Positions 1-12,320 of a stretch of 64,000 nt of DNA are shown in pieces (the first letter of the stretch is position 1; each line of letters begins with the position of its first letter). This stretch comes from Neodothiora populina (Eukaryota): the NCBI RefSeq assembly GCF_041146345.1, contig NW_027191404.1, positions 1,178,001-1,242,000 on the forward strand. Direction: 5' to 3'. A program made the position numbers and the translations under genes. The notes under the pieces are model-generated. The model saw nothing but the letters and a program-made list of their open reading frames with translations, had not been told where the DNA came from and did no database searches.

Positions 1-1752
1 TCCCATTACCGGGCAAGGCAACCCTGAACAGAGCAAAAGGGCGCTTTCTATCCTCCGTGCCAGGCCAGATCATGGGCGAGAAACACAATTGATTGACTAA
101 AGACGAAAAGGTCAGTAACGCGGCCCTTCCATACACAATTCCCTTTCCCCCCAATGGGACAAAAAAAGAAGGGAAGCAGAAGAGGAGAGAAGAAAACTCA
201 CCAGTGAAATAAAGATAGCGTCCGGCAACACTCATGGTATCAACCCAATTAATCCTGGGATCGCGCACAAACACCCCATCAGTGCCATTGGCGGGATTGA
301 ACACCCCTATCGCATTCTGCTCCGCGATGCCATGATAGATGAACCCGTTGGAGTCCGTCTCGTAGCCGTCGCTGACGCCCTTTTCGCCGCGCGTCTGCAC
401 GCTGCCTTGGGCCAGGGCTTCGGAGAAGGCGCTGTTGTCGCGTAGCCGCGCTGTCGGAATAGAGTACAGGATTCGAGAGCCCACGCCGCCGAAGTAGAGG
501 TCTTCGCTGTCCGCGGAGAGGGCGATGCCGTCTTTTTTTTGTGTATTGAATGTTAGTGATTGAAAACTGGGGTAGCAGAGAGAAAGGGGATGGATAATAG
601 GGGATTGGAACTGACCTGCGCCGAAACCGAGATAGTTCAGTGGTTGGCCTGCGCTGTACGAGTAGAGCGGACGGCCCCAGACGTAGCCTACGAAGCCTGT
701 CGTCGAGGCGACGTACTTGCTTCTGTCCAGGTGTCTCCAGCTCTCGCCCGTGCCTAGGTCGACTGTGATGAGGCCGGTGCGGCCTTCTAAGGAGGAGTCG
801 GTGATGTAAGCCACGCCTTGGCCGCTGGCTGTGATGTTGATTCGCAGGTCGAAGCGGACGTCGTTGAGGTACGAGTCTGCGGGTGCTACTGTGGTGGGGA
901 AGACGATTGTCTTGAAGACGGTGTCGTTTGACAGATTGATGCCTACTAATTTGGGGCCTCCGTAGCTTGCGGGTACCACAGTGCCGTTGGGAGACATTAC
1001 TGAGGTGGGAATAGGTTGTCAGTTTCATTGTTCTTCCGAATGTCCATCTCAAGCAACCGTCAGACAGCAGGAAGACATTGTGCATGTCTCATAAATTCGG
1101 AAGGGAGGGCCGAGTCATTTTTCTGAGTATTTGATGATGCACAATTGGGAGAGGTTCACAATATACCGATCAACTCGCATCTCAACACAAAGAGAGCAGT
1201 TCAAACTCACCACGACCAGTATCAAGTACCCATAACCGATCCGCGGAATCAACAACAACACTCTGCACGCCAATAAAGTGATTCTGATAATTGGCTCCAC
1301 TCGGCGGATAGGTGCTCATGTTGATCGCGCCACCAGGAGGACTGTTCCAGTCCACGCTGGGATATGCTCTCTCTGAGCTGTTCGCGGTGAGTTCAGCAAC
1401 GGTGTATTTGCCATTGGTGCCGTTGTTGGTGTTATTCATGTCCAGACCGCCTGTAGGAAAGAGATCAGAGGGTGATAAGAATGATAGAACTGAAGAGCGT
1501 GATATCTTGAGTGCACGATGTGTACAGGAGACGAGGGGTGGCTGCGAGAACTATTGTCATAAGAAATGACTTACCAGGGTAATTAGAGAACATGCGTCCA
1601 GTCGACGAAACGGCAATGCCCGTCGGCCATTGATCATAGTACAAGTGAACCAATTCGAGAGGTGGTCCTTGTTGCCCCGAGTCGGTGATGAGTTGGCTAG
1701 AACCCAAGAAGGGCAGCAGCATGGCTCCCGCATAGAGCGATGTCGGCCACAT
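1..1752 (-). CDS. Secreted major royal jelly protein / yellow family beta-propeller protein; 3' end runs off the window. Exons 1575-1752, 1211-1450, 616-999, 202-531, <1-96
   Basis: Signal-peptide-like start MWPTSLYAGAMLLPFLG. Spliced translation gives family motifs WPTGIAVSSTGRMFSNYPG, FIGVQSVVVDSADRLWVLDTGR, YLNDVRFDLR, DGIALSAD, SDGYETDSNG and RDPRINWVDT. Four GT-AG introns keep the frame. Confidence 0.88.
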
Positions 1753-2606
1753 TATGTTGACCACTAGGGGTTTCACTTTTTGACAGTATGGTCTATTACG
1801 AGGCAAGGAGAAGAGATTGAGGTTGGATGAAAGATATGAACAAGATACAGAAAAAAGACGGGTAGGTATGTTTACCTTAATACCACTGTACCTTACCTTT
1901 AAAGTGACGTGCTCTGTCTACGACTTCATCACTGCATCTCAGATACCTTACCTTGATGTGAACAATGATCATACTGTGATACTAAATGTACGTCATTATT
2001 TACCTTTCCGGAAGAATCGACGGTAACGTAAGGTAGATTCATGTGCAGTTGCAGAAAGCAAAATGATGCTGGGCAGATGGAAGTTAAAGAACGACTTCAC
2101 TGATCGGCATTTATCCCCGCTTTCGATTATTAGAGTATCATTGTGCTTGGCAGACGGAGTTGCGAACCAAGACAAGCAGGCAGCATGGATGATACCTGAA
2201 GGAGTGGAGGTTGTACAATTGGGCATGAAATGCAATGCGATTCCCGGATCATCATCCTACGAGGTGCGCAATAGCGTAACGAAACAAGGGGTGGAGCGGG
2301 ACTCTCGTGGTTTCATTAGAACGTCGACAAGCTTCGATTCTTTTTGGCACAGCGCTGAACTTGAAGACGACTGTCTCTCTTCCACCACCAATGCGACACT
2401 TTTCATTCTGTGTCGGATTGGCAGTGACTGGAAATAGGGCAAGGAGTAACGTTCTTTCTTTTTTTTGTGAACCCCCCAAGGCCTAAATGCGTGACTCGTT
2501 CCCAGCGATGATATGTATAACCCTTCGCCGTGCAACTACTCCGTTGAGATATATTCCATGAGAAAGCCCAATCCAGCAACCGCAGGCCAGAAACAACATA
2601 ACGCGC

Positions 2607-3416
2607 TTAGAAAACGAGAGCAGCACCCTTGGTCTTCTTGTCACCACTGTAATAGATAGTCAGTACTGCCTTGTGGTTAATGAGAAAACAGGAAAAACAT
2701 ACCCCAACTCGAAGTGCTTGCAGCGCTTGAGAGCGAGCTGTGCCTTGGTCTTGCATGATGTGCACTCAAGTCTCAGGACGACCTTCTTGGTGGTCTTTGC
2801 CTTCTTGTGGAAGACAGGCTTGGTCTGACCACCGTAACCGGACTGCTTACGGTCGTAACGACGCTTACCCTGGGCGAAAAGGGAAGCCTGGAGAGATTGT
2901 ATGAGTGCCTGTGTTCTTCCTATGCCACCGAATTGTCCGTTGCGCTGAATCGTACCTTGCCAGCCTTGTACTGGGTGACCTTGTGCTGGGTGTGCTTCTT
3001 GCAGTCCTTGCCCTTGCAGTAGGTGCGGCGAGTCTTGGGAACGTTGACCTGAATGAGTCCCCTCCGTCAGCCTTTGCTCTTTCCATCCGGGTCTTTTCCT
3101 CCAATCATGAGTCTTCGAGAGTTATAATGGGCTCCGGGAGTCGCAAATCGAATCAGATGTTTATGGTGCGCCGATCGAGTCGAGAAGGGTGGTGGCGGGG
3201 AAATTCTCTTTGAGTCGATATTCGTCTTGCCGACAGAGGTCCGTCAGACATTCGCAAATCGTTCGCCTGACCATAGACGACGGAGTACGAGGAGAAGTGG
3301 CGATTCATTGCGGTATCGAAGTCGGAGTCGTCGAGGTATCTGATCGAATCGCACATCTTCCGGAAGCCCATTTTCTCGAGACATCAATGATTTCGGGAAC
3401 GTGATAGCCTTACCAT
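2607..3416 (-). CDS. RPL42: 60S ribosomal protein eL42 (L44/L36a). Exons 3414-3416 (ATG only), 2956-3048, 2703-2887, 2607-2646
   Basis: Spliced translation [74 protein letters not shown]...[13 protein letters not shown]. The start exon reads CAAAATG|GTAAGG. Confidence 0.97.
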
Positions 3417-3842
3417 TTTGGCGGTGTTATGAAGTCGCTGGGTGGTTGGAAAGAGTCTGCTCGTCGGCGTTCAATGAGTTGGCTTGTCTCGCGAAATTCA
3501 GACGTGTGTTCGCGCACGGGTACATCCGAGCACCATTCTTGGCACTGATGTCTGATCACGTGACCATGCTATGGCGCCTCCATCTAGTTTTCTCATAGCA
3601 CCACCTTCATTGCGAAATAAGCGATTGAGATTATCGGTCATTATCGCGTGTAGAGATTGTTTCGAGCAATTTGGATGATCTTGTCTGCAGTGGTTCCTGA
3701 ATCTGTGCAAAAGTGAAAAGTGCGCGTGGCATCTTGATTACGTCTAGCTAGCTATTCGTCACCCTCAGGTACCATACTAAAATCTTGCTTGGTGGGAGAC
3801 CGTCAAAACAACGCCAGGGTATTGATCGTCGCTGCAAAATAT

Positions 3843-6001
3843 CTAATAATATGATGAGCCTCCTTCGTCCCACTTCTGAACAGAGTTCTTCAAGTTGCCT
3901 CCATCGCTGTCACTGCCCTCTACGCCGACATCCATCATTCTTCCAGGACTGCCAGTGATTCGTCCCAGGCCGCCACTCTTTCTCTTGGCGCTGCCCTCGA
4001 TGCGCTGAACAGCTCCGATCCACTCCCAGACTCGGCTGACATCGCCACTGCGACCCTCTCTGACCATCGTCCTGACATTCGCATTGCCTTCGACGAGTCC
4101 TTTGACGACTTCCCATAGTCGAGTTCTCTCCTTCGCTCGAAATTCTTCCCTCAAGACATCGTCCCTCAAGGCTACCATGCTGATATATGGCTCGGGATAA
4201 GCCACTGGATCCTCGACGTGTAAGCTTGCTTGCGTAGCAAGCTTGTCGAGTGCCATGCCGGCGAGTCTCTTGGCTTGTTGCTTGGTTGTTTTCCGCGTAG
4301 TGAGCGCATGTTTACCGTAGACAGAAGACATGGCAATGGCGAGTATGACTACAAGTCTTGAAAGATTCTGTCTAATCGCGAGGCGAAGGGATCGTCTGAC
4401 GGCACATGTGAGGGGGACTCGGGCGAGTGAGGTGCTGCGGAGGTAACGGACGCTGCCAATCCTGATGATGAGGCGGGTCTGTTAGTTGTGATTCACGTAA
4501 GCTTGGTGATAAATATATAGGAGAGCTCCCGGCATAAATAAAAGGACGAAACTTACTCGTCAACTCTGCTCTCGACCTCTTCTCTTCCGACAACTTCGCC
4601 AATAGCGGCGCCCCATAGCTCTTCGAATTCTTCGTCGGTCATGCGTCGAGACTTCTTCGCAGAGACGGTGGCCTTGAGTTCAGCGACGCTTATCTCTGGT
4701 GACGTTGTCTCGCTGCACTCATACTGGGCATTGCGTGTGCGCAGTTCAGACTCTACGGCGAAATCGGCCACCGTTTTGATCTTGCGTACCTTTTCACTGT
4801 CAGGCTCACAGGTAGGAGGCAAAGGTAGCAAGCCTCCAAGAGAGAGCGGATGAGGCGTGAGAATGAAGTCCGGATCGCATTCGGTTCTGAGATCTGGGAA
4901 GCAGATAGCATGCTGCGGGCATGGCTCGCACTGGGGCTGAACAAATGCGGCCCACTCTGGAATCTCAACACCGCCGAGCATATTGGTAGGCTGGCCCACT
5001 CCACAGTAGCCCACTTGCAGCTTTTCTTGTCGCCATACTGTTGCGACACCGCCGACCATGGCAAGCAGAATTGTCCACGGTGCAGCTTTCGCGACACCGG
5101 ATTTTTTCTGTCTTCTCTTAGGTCTGCGGGCTATCGTGGTTTCACCAAACTTTTCGGCCTTGACGAGCTCCTGGTTCTCTTCTGGGTTAAACTCTTCGCC
5201 AGGGGAAATGATATCAATATCCATATCTATGTGCTGCGAGGTTGGCGCGGCCACATCGAAAGTGGACCTGGAGGGAACAACTATTCCCTGGTCTTGCTTC
5301 ACCGCGGTGTACCCGTCAGTCCTGCGACGTGCGTCACGGCTCCTTCTCCTCTCGCGATCGGTGGAGGGGGCCATGGTCGTCCTACGTCTTTCCCTGCTCT
5401 TACTGCGCGGGGCAGATGGGGGCGAGCTTCCACTCTGAAAAGGGTTATCTCTGCTGAAAGGAGATTCTGCGCCTTGGTGGCGAATGACAGGCTCCTCAAC
5501 AGGGGCTTTCCGAGGTTGTGCTTGTCTCTTGACATGACGTTCTTCAGGCTGCTCTTCGTATTCTTCGAGTCTTGCATGTCTGCTGGATGGCTTTTTGACT
5601 GTGGATAGCGGCGCCGTTGTTCTCCTCGACGTGCGGGGTGTCGGCTCGACTATGTCTTCCGAAGCCAATCTGGTGCTACGTCTTGTGCTTCGTCGCGCAG
5701 GCGTGACAACAGGGGCGATATCCTCGTCGTCGTCGTCGTCATCGTCGGTGGTAGCCAGGCTCTCTTGACTCGTAGGCACGTCGACTATGCCTCTGGTCGA
5801 TCTCTTTGTTTGCGCCTGAGCTTTCAACAGCTTGCGTCCTTGGGGAGCAACCTCGTCGTTGAAAAGATTCACGAGATCGGGCTTCTTGGCTGAGGATGGG
5901 TAGGCGACATTGTGCGCGACCAAGATGGAGCGCAGCCGCGGCACGGTGAGCGTACTGGCGTCGAAGCCAGGCTGCAGGTAGGCGAACTCGTCGACCGCCA
6001 T
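3843..6001 (-). CDS. SRC1: Inner nuclear membrane LEM-domain protein Src1/Heh1 (HeH/LEM plus Man1-Src1 C-terminal domain); intron 4462-4556
   Basis: N-terminal YLQPGFDASTLTVPRLRSILVAHNVAYPSSAKKPDLVNLF (HeH/LEM). TM1 is followed by GYCG..CEPCPQHAIC..CEPD, then TM2 and a C-terminal LRDDVL...LWEVV...RVWEWIG. Confidence 0.93.
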
Positions 6002-6719
6002 GCTCGTGAGTGGCGAATGTCGGGAGGCGAAACAGTAGAAATCAGAGACGGTCCTGAAGAGCGCAGCACGGTGTTATGTTCGCGCGTGAGAGGGTGTCGG
6101 AGGTGAAGGTCGAGGCCAACGCTGGAGTCGATGCGATGAGAAGCGAAGACAACAGACAAGAAGTCAGTAGCAGAAAGATAGCAAAAGACTGATGCCGACA
6201 AAGAAGGTCAAACACAGTTGTACAGAGGTATGTATAGCGGAGAAGAGGACAGAGAGAGGCTGAAATACACAAAACAAGACAAGGTAGGCATTCTTTGATC
6301 TTTGCAGGCAACAACTGCTGAAGGTAAGGTAACATAAACAACATCTGCATCGAAAATGGGAAGCACAGATCTTTTGATGCACCGTGCACAGAGCGGGCAC
6401 TTCTGCCAAGCTTCTACGTCACCCCGCAGCCGATTACCTTAGGCGGTACTTTTACAGTACCTGTACTTTGTAAGGTACCTTACCTTAGGTACCTAGGTAA
6501 GGTAGCTGCTCTGGCTGCCTGACAAAAAGTGACAATCTCAGGTTTGCCCTTATCGCCGGTCTCTGTGTGTCTTTTTTATGCGCTTCAAAGTAAATATCCT
6601 TAACATCTGGAATAATTTAATAATTTGACTTGGATAGTTGTGTCGCATTGAGGATAGAACTTATCTATACTTCGAGCCATCTACCCTACTCTACGTCTAT
6701 ATACACCAAGCATTCCACA

Positions 6720-7576
6720 ATGTCGGTTTGTGCAAAGTGCAACGACCCGTTGACTCTCGAAGTCGACTTGTCAGACGACGAGGATCAAGTCCAGGTCGGA
6801 GGTGCTTCATCTTCCAGCGCTGCCGCCACCGTCAACACCGTCCCAGACGATGTGGCTCTGTCGTGCGGTTGCCATTTTCACTGGTGACTTGCTCTGAACC
6901 CCTTTCAAAGTACTTGTCTCTGACTTAAGCAATCTCGTGCAGGCAGTGCCTTCTGGACTCATACCAGATCACCGAATGTCCGCATTGCAACCAAACCCTC
7001 CTCTCCATTTCTCCTTCGGGCACTCAACAGATCCTCTGTACTCTACACAACGAAGGTGGGATCCAGGAAGGACTAGACATACTGCCACTACTGGCTGAAG
7101 AGAGTTACCTACGCGCCTATCCCGAGGATCGCATCTGCCGTGCTTTCCTTGACTTCTGTCGCGAGGGAGATGTTACCGCCATTGTCGAGCTGCTGAAGAG
7201 CTGCGATGAAGAGGATTTAGAGTCGGACGACGACATGGACGAAGGCCCACCGGTCGCTAAGAAGTCTGCGGATCAAATATTGCGCTACCAGGATCCAATC
7301 GGCGAGATGCAATCAGGCTTGCACGCTGCTGTGGCTGGAGGCAGTCGTGAAGTCGCCTGGCTCTTGCTGTTACTGGCCTCCAACCTTCCGGAACTTGAGA
7401 TCCCTGCACTTGTCTACCAGGAAGCAGGTGCTCTTGGCATAATGCGCGGCGATCAGGAGGGAAAAGTTGATATTCGAAGCTTGAAGGATGCTGAGGGCAA
7501 GACTGCGGAACAACTGGCCGCTGAGATTGGAGGCGTTTGGATCGGCTGGCCCGGATCTGGACGATTGGCTGTCTGA
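6720..7576 (+). CDS. RING-type zinc finger protein with ankyrin-like C-terminus; intron 6884-6942
   Basis: CAKC...CGCHFHW|QC...CPHC zinc-ligand pattern after splicing. C-terminal SGLHAAVAGGSREVAWLLL and DAEGKTAEQLA resemble ankyrin repeats. Confidence 0.78.
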
Positions 7577-7700
7577 GTGTCGCTCACCTTGAAACCGCAT
7601 GCCGACACGCTCGACAAGTCCTTCGAAGAAACGTACATGCCATCATGAACAGCTAGCTACCTGAAAAGTTTTCGAGTCAAGAATATGACTGGTTATTGGA

Positions 7701-10700
7701 TCAAGGTTGTCGCATCTCCGGAGCGCTGCGTGACTTGCGCACAATACGCTGTCTCGACAGCAGCTGTGAGATCATGAAGTGACTGACGTCCTCGTCAGCC
7801 CAGTATGAAAGATGCGAAGCCACTGCGGCAATGAGTGATATGTCGAATGCTCCCCTATATCACATGTCAGCTTCATCGCCCTTGGCACGTATCTGCAGGG
7901 AGACTTGCTCTTGAATGCTGTAATCAACTCGCCCGTTCAAGTTCAGTGCTCTGACTTTGGCTTCTTCCTTCCTCAGTTTGCGCCCTCGCTCCTCCGCTTC
8001 AGCCATGTCTGCATTCTCCAGATCGCGTGCATTCTCTGCCTGTGCACTCTTCCGTCGGCTTTGGAATCCCGAGTATAACGTTTCCAGCTCCGAGTCAATC
8101 AAGGTCGGAGGATGTTGGCCAGGCTCGCCTGGCCGAGGTTCACCTCGTGGGCTCTCCTTCCCCCCACTCGAATCTATCCTGTCGATGTTCACGGCTGCTG
8201 GAGCCGTGGGTATCGTCCCTGCCCCAACATTTGTGCCAGCGCCGAGTGAAAGAGGAGTCCGTGACTGACTGCTACCGCTCGGACCTCCAAGCTTGGAAGC
8301 ATCTTCTGCAGTGAAACCCAGACTACGGTTCAGAAGACTGCTTGCGATGCCTGAGCTGAAGCTGGACCATAGTCCAGACACGCTCTGCCCGACTCGGGCT
8401 CCTATACCGGTCAGGCCCTGGCCCACTTGCGACCCGAAGATACCTCTTTTAGTGTATGGCAAAGGTTGCGGCTTAAGAGTGGCCATCGCGGGAGATATAA
8501 GTGGTTCGATCCGGTAGCTGATAGGGTCTGTTGGATGGAAGATGTTGAATAGCTGGCGGCATTTTGGTGATGAACTTGGGATCTCTGAGTTGTACTGTTC
8601 ACCCATCGCATCAGATAGCTTTGCGGTTGAGGAACGAGAGTTGCCTTTGAGGAAGGGAGCTTGCTTGGGCTCTGTCGAAGCGCGCTCTATAACTGGTGCT
8701 TGCCGGGCAGCGATTGTCCTGCCCTTAAGCATCTGAAAGAGGCCGACGGGCGAACCCAATGCATAAAAGTCCTCGACCTCGAAATCTAGCTTCATCGGAT
8801 GCTCACCCCTCCTCAACGGTTTGCTTGATCCTCGCTGCTGGGATTCGTGGTTATCCTGCATACATAAGATGTCGAACATAACAGCTGAACCCAGAGAATG
8901 GCCAACCATGCTGACTTTGCCATTGAAGTACGGGTTGCGCTCTTTGAACAACTTGTATATGCGGTTGCATTCCTCTAGGACGATTCTCGAGATGTGATCC
9001 TTGTATGCAGGACTTTGGTAAAGCAAGATGTCCAATGCCAGGTCTGTGATGAGATTCCTGACCGCTGGAACACCTTCAACTGAAATGTCTTCTAGATTAG
9101 GGTAGTCCTCTTCCTCTCCAAAACCAGCGTCTCCCAGATCATGCTCCCGGCGATTGTGCTTGAGGCTCTGTTTCGGAAAATCCAATTTGTGACGCCAATT
9201 GATGGGCAACACCTGAATGCGACAATTCTTGGGTAACTTGTCGACTTCTGAATTGAGTGCCTGAAGATCTGGTGACTCACTGTACACAGCCTTCAAAGTC
9301 TTGCGGAACGTATTAACATCGTGCACAAAGTTGACGCTTTCCATGCGAAGGCCGAGACGCTGGCCTATGCCATGTGTGACTAGTAGGAGATGTTCGATCT
9401 CGCGGTTCTGTTCCTCACCATCTTGATCGCGGTAGTCATCCTGAATTTCCTTCTCGTCGCGTTTACGTATCTCTTCCTCTTCCTTCTCGCGATCGCCCTG
9501 TGTTATAGTGTTGACGAGAGACGACATTTGACGTTCCAAGGTTAATCTGTGGTTTTCCGAGGGGCCGACTGTGCCTTCCGGATCCGGAGTGTCAACCTTC
9601 AGTTTCTCGGCGACGTTCTGTTTTCCTTTCTCCAGAGTACTTTTATCGGATCCTATTGATGGACTTTGGCTGCCTTTGCCATCCTTGTCTTCTGCTTTTT
9701 TCGCCTGATCAATATAACCTCGCGTGACTTTGACGCCAGCAAAATGTCCTCCACCTGCAAAGCGTTTGTACATGTTACTACTCATACGAGAAATGAAATC
9801 GTCAGTCAGGATCCAGGCTGTGGTGCCGTCTTGGTATGTGACCACCGAATTTGAGTGTGGTCCGAACAGTCGAAGTGTTGGAGCATGTTGTGCAGGCTGC
9901 GTGGTCTCGGTCTTTCCATCCGCGGCAGCTTTCGCGCTCTGCTCGCGTAGATTGGAACTGGATGTCTTGGGACTGACAGGCGTAGATGTAGCGGCCTTCA
10001 AGGCGCTGATCGCGTCTGCACCCATGATCTGAGAAAGTGGACGAGAACGCGGCTGTGAAGCAGATCGCTCCTTCTCTGCCTTTTCGGCTTTCTTCTCTTG
10101 ACGTTCAATTTCTCTCCAAGGGCAGAGCTTTAGGAAACCTTCCTCAAGCTGCGCAGCCAGATTCTCATCGCATGGTCTCTGCACACTCGCACTGTCTGCA
10201 CAGAATTAGTGGATTGATAATCACGTTGTGCACCATGTACGGATGACTAGGACAACCACAATTCAGGTTTACTTGACCTTACCTTGATAGAACCAAGTGC
10301 CCCGCCTCACCTCATAGACAGGGCCGAGCCAATACGCTGGTGCAAGCTCTCTGCGCTCGACGTCCACATCAAAGAGATAGTCCTCGTTCACCGGGACAGT
10401 CACTGAGCCGGGCTGAAGCCGCGGCTCGTCTGCCTCCAATGTGACGTTCAGGTTGCCAGTGGAGCGTCGCGACACCGGTGATAATAGTGATGCCATGTCA
10501 TCTTCACGTTCTGCAGCATCCTCCTCTTGTGCGAGCTTCTGAAAAGCAGCCTCGATGGCCTTGGAGTCGGTCTTGGAGAAAGGAGCGTACTTTTTGGGGG
10601 CCGGACGCGCCTTCTGGGTTTCGTATGAAGATTGCTCCAGAGGACTCGGTCGACGCTTGGGGACGTCAGTAGCGAAGAACCACTGTATGGTCAGTGGTGG

Positions 10701-10895
10701 ACAGTCCTTGGGATATTTCCGGCGCGACAGTCTATGCCTATGAGTGACCTTGTGATCGCTGCCCTGCGTCTGCTTGAGACCAAGGTCTGCCGAGGCCACA
10801 TCGTTGTTTGTTTGTTGTACTGCCTTGACCGCGGGACTCCTTCCTCCCCAAGGACTCAGCTTTGCCAGGTAAGACTGACCGTCTTGGTTGGTCAT
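7701..10895 (-). CDS. DDL1: DDHD-domain intracellular phospholipase A1 (Ddl1-like); introns 10196-10282 and 7855-7908 (GC-AG)
   Basis: Motifs VPVNEDYLFDVD, YEVRRGTWF, HLLLVTHGIGQ, lipase GHSLG, NIFHPTDPISYRIEP, and the DDHD end RVDYSIQE|GAFD...SHLSYWADEDV. Confidence 0.92.
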
Positions 10896-11846
10896 TTTGG
10901 CTTCAGCCCGCCGGGCGTTGGCCTCGTGTTTACTGACCCAGACACTGGGTGGGATAGCTGGTGATGTGAATTTCAAGAGATCAGGAACCCTCCTGCGGAT
11001 GACTCCCACGAGCGCACCGAGACGGGCCAACTTGTATATGAGCGGGAGTACAGTACCTGGAAGATACGGTACTCAAATTAAGCAAGATTAATAAAGATAT
11101 AGAGATAGATGTCCTTGAGGAAACACGACCTTTCGGACCGGCTAGCTGCGCTTAGAGCACCTGAAACACCGCACTGAATTACTCGAATGTTTTACGAGGG
11201 GCAAGATGGGAGAGTGCATGGAAATCTCGAGCTTTAGCTGTAGCTGTAGCTGTGTGAGATGAATGCTTCTTCTATCCTGCCACATATGCATATGCCCGGT
11301 ACGTGTATGTACGGTCTCAATGTTTATTTATGTGTAGTACCTGCTTATACAGTATAGTTTAAAGTCAGGAAGAAAGCCCTCGTGGCCATTTGGGTCGCTT
11401 GACCTGTCAATACCGGATGTGACGTCGGTTGGTCTGTCACCACAGCACGGTTCAGCCTTATCAAGTCACTTCGAGGCTCAAGCGGGCAACCGAGCACCTC
11501 AAATTTCCGCACTACAAATTCAATCGTTTTCTCATCTTCATCTGTCCAAGGTTCGTACAACCACATGCACATTTCCATCCGTGTCATCCCGATATTCCTA
11601 TCCTTATTGTGCTTTTATGAGGTTCCTAGCAGTCAGATTGATGATAATGGCTTCCAGCCAACAATCAGATCGCTCTGTTCATCTTGGGCATTCACGGACA
11701 GGGTCGGGTGTCGGCATGGTGTTGAAATGAGGCACTGCTAGATCTCAACAGCAAAATACTAATATTCGATGGTAAAGGTCGTCACTAGGAAGCTAATTCG
11801 ACACTTGCAAAAGTGTTCAGGCTGAACCAGCAAAGGCATCGACACT

Positions 11847-12320
11847 ATGGCTCAGGCCGCACCCTCCCTGTCAGACTCTGAGAAATCGAATGAGTATCTT
11901 CACATCGAGCGTGTCATCGCAACCAAGCTTCCGGCGTCGCCCATCTATGCATACATCCTGTCTGATGTCACTGTACTAGAGGCGACCAAAGGTCGTGTTG
12001 TATGTCGCCTGCAGCTGTCGAAGACGCACATGAACAGCGGAGGAGGCTTGCATGGCTCGGTATCTGCTACCATCATCGATTGGATGGGAGGAATGGCGAT
12101 CTGCTCGCACACCCTCGAAGACTCGAGTGGTGTGTCAGTCGACATTCACGCAACTTACTTGTCTTCGGTCAAAGATGCCGACGAGATAGAGATAGAAGGT
12201 CTGGCCGAGAAAGTCGGCGGATCCATGGCTTACACCACAGTTATTATATACAAAGTAGAGACTGGAAAGCGTGGTCGTTTGGTCGTCAAGGGAACGCATA
12301 CCAAGTTTGTGCGTTCCTGA
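11847..12320 (+). CDS. PaaI/ACOT13-like hotdog-fold acyl-CoA thioesterase
   Basis: HMNSGGGLHGSVSATIID (HGG-like motif), GVSVDIHATYLS and C-terminal GTHTKFV. 157 aa, no intron. Confidence 0.9.
   Translation: MAQAAPSLSDSEKSNEYLHIERVIATKLPASPIYAYILSDVTVLEATKGRVVCRLQLSKTHMNSGGGLHGSVSATIIDWMGGMAICSHTLEDSSGVSVDIHATYLSSVKDADEIEIEGLAEKVGGSMAYTTVIIYKVETGKRGRLVVKGTHTKFVRS

Noticed and set aside
3049..3413. snoRNA in the long first intron of RPL42
   Set aside because: No box C (RTGATGA) paired with a box D was seen on the sense strand. An H/ACA RNA cannot be assessed without a covariance-model search.
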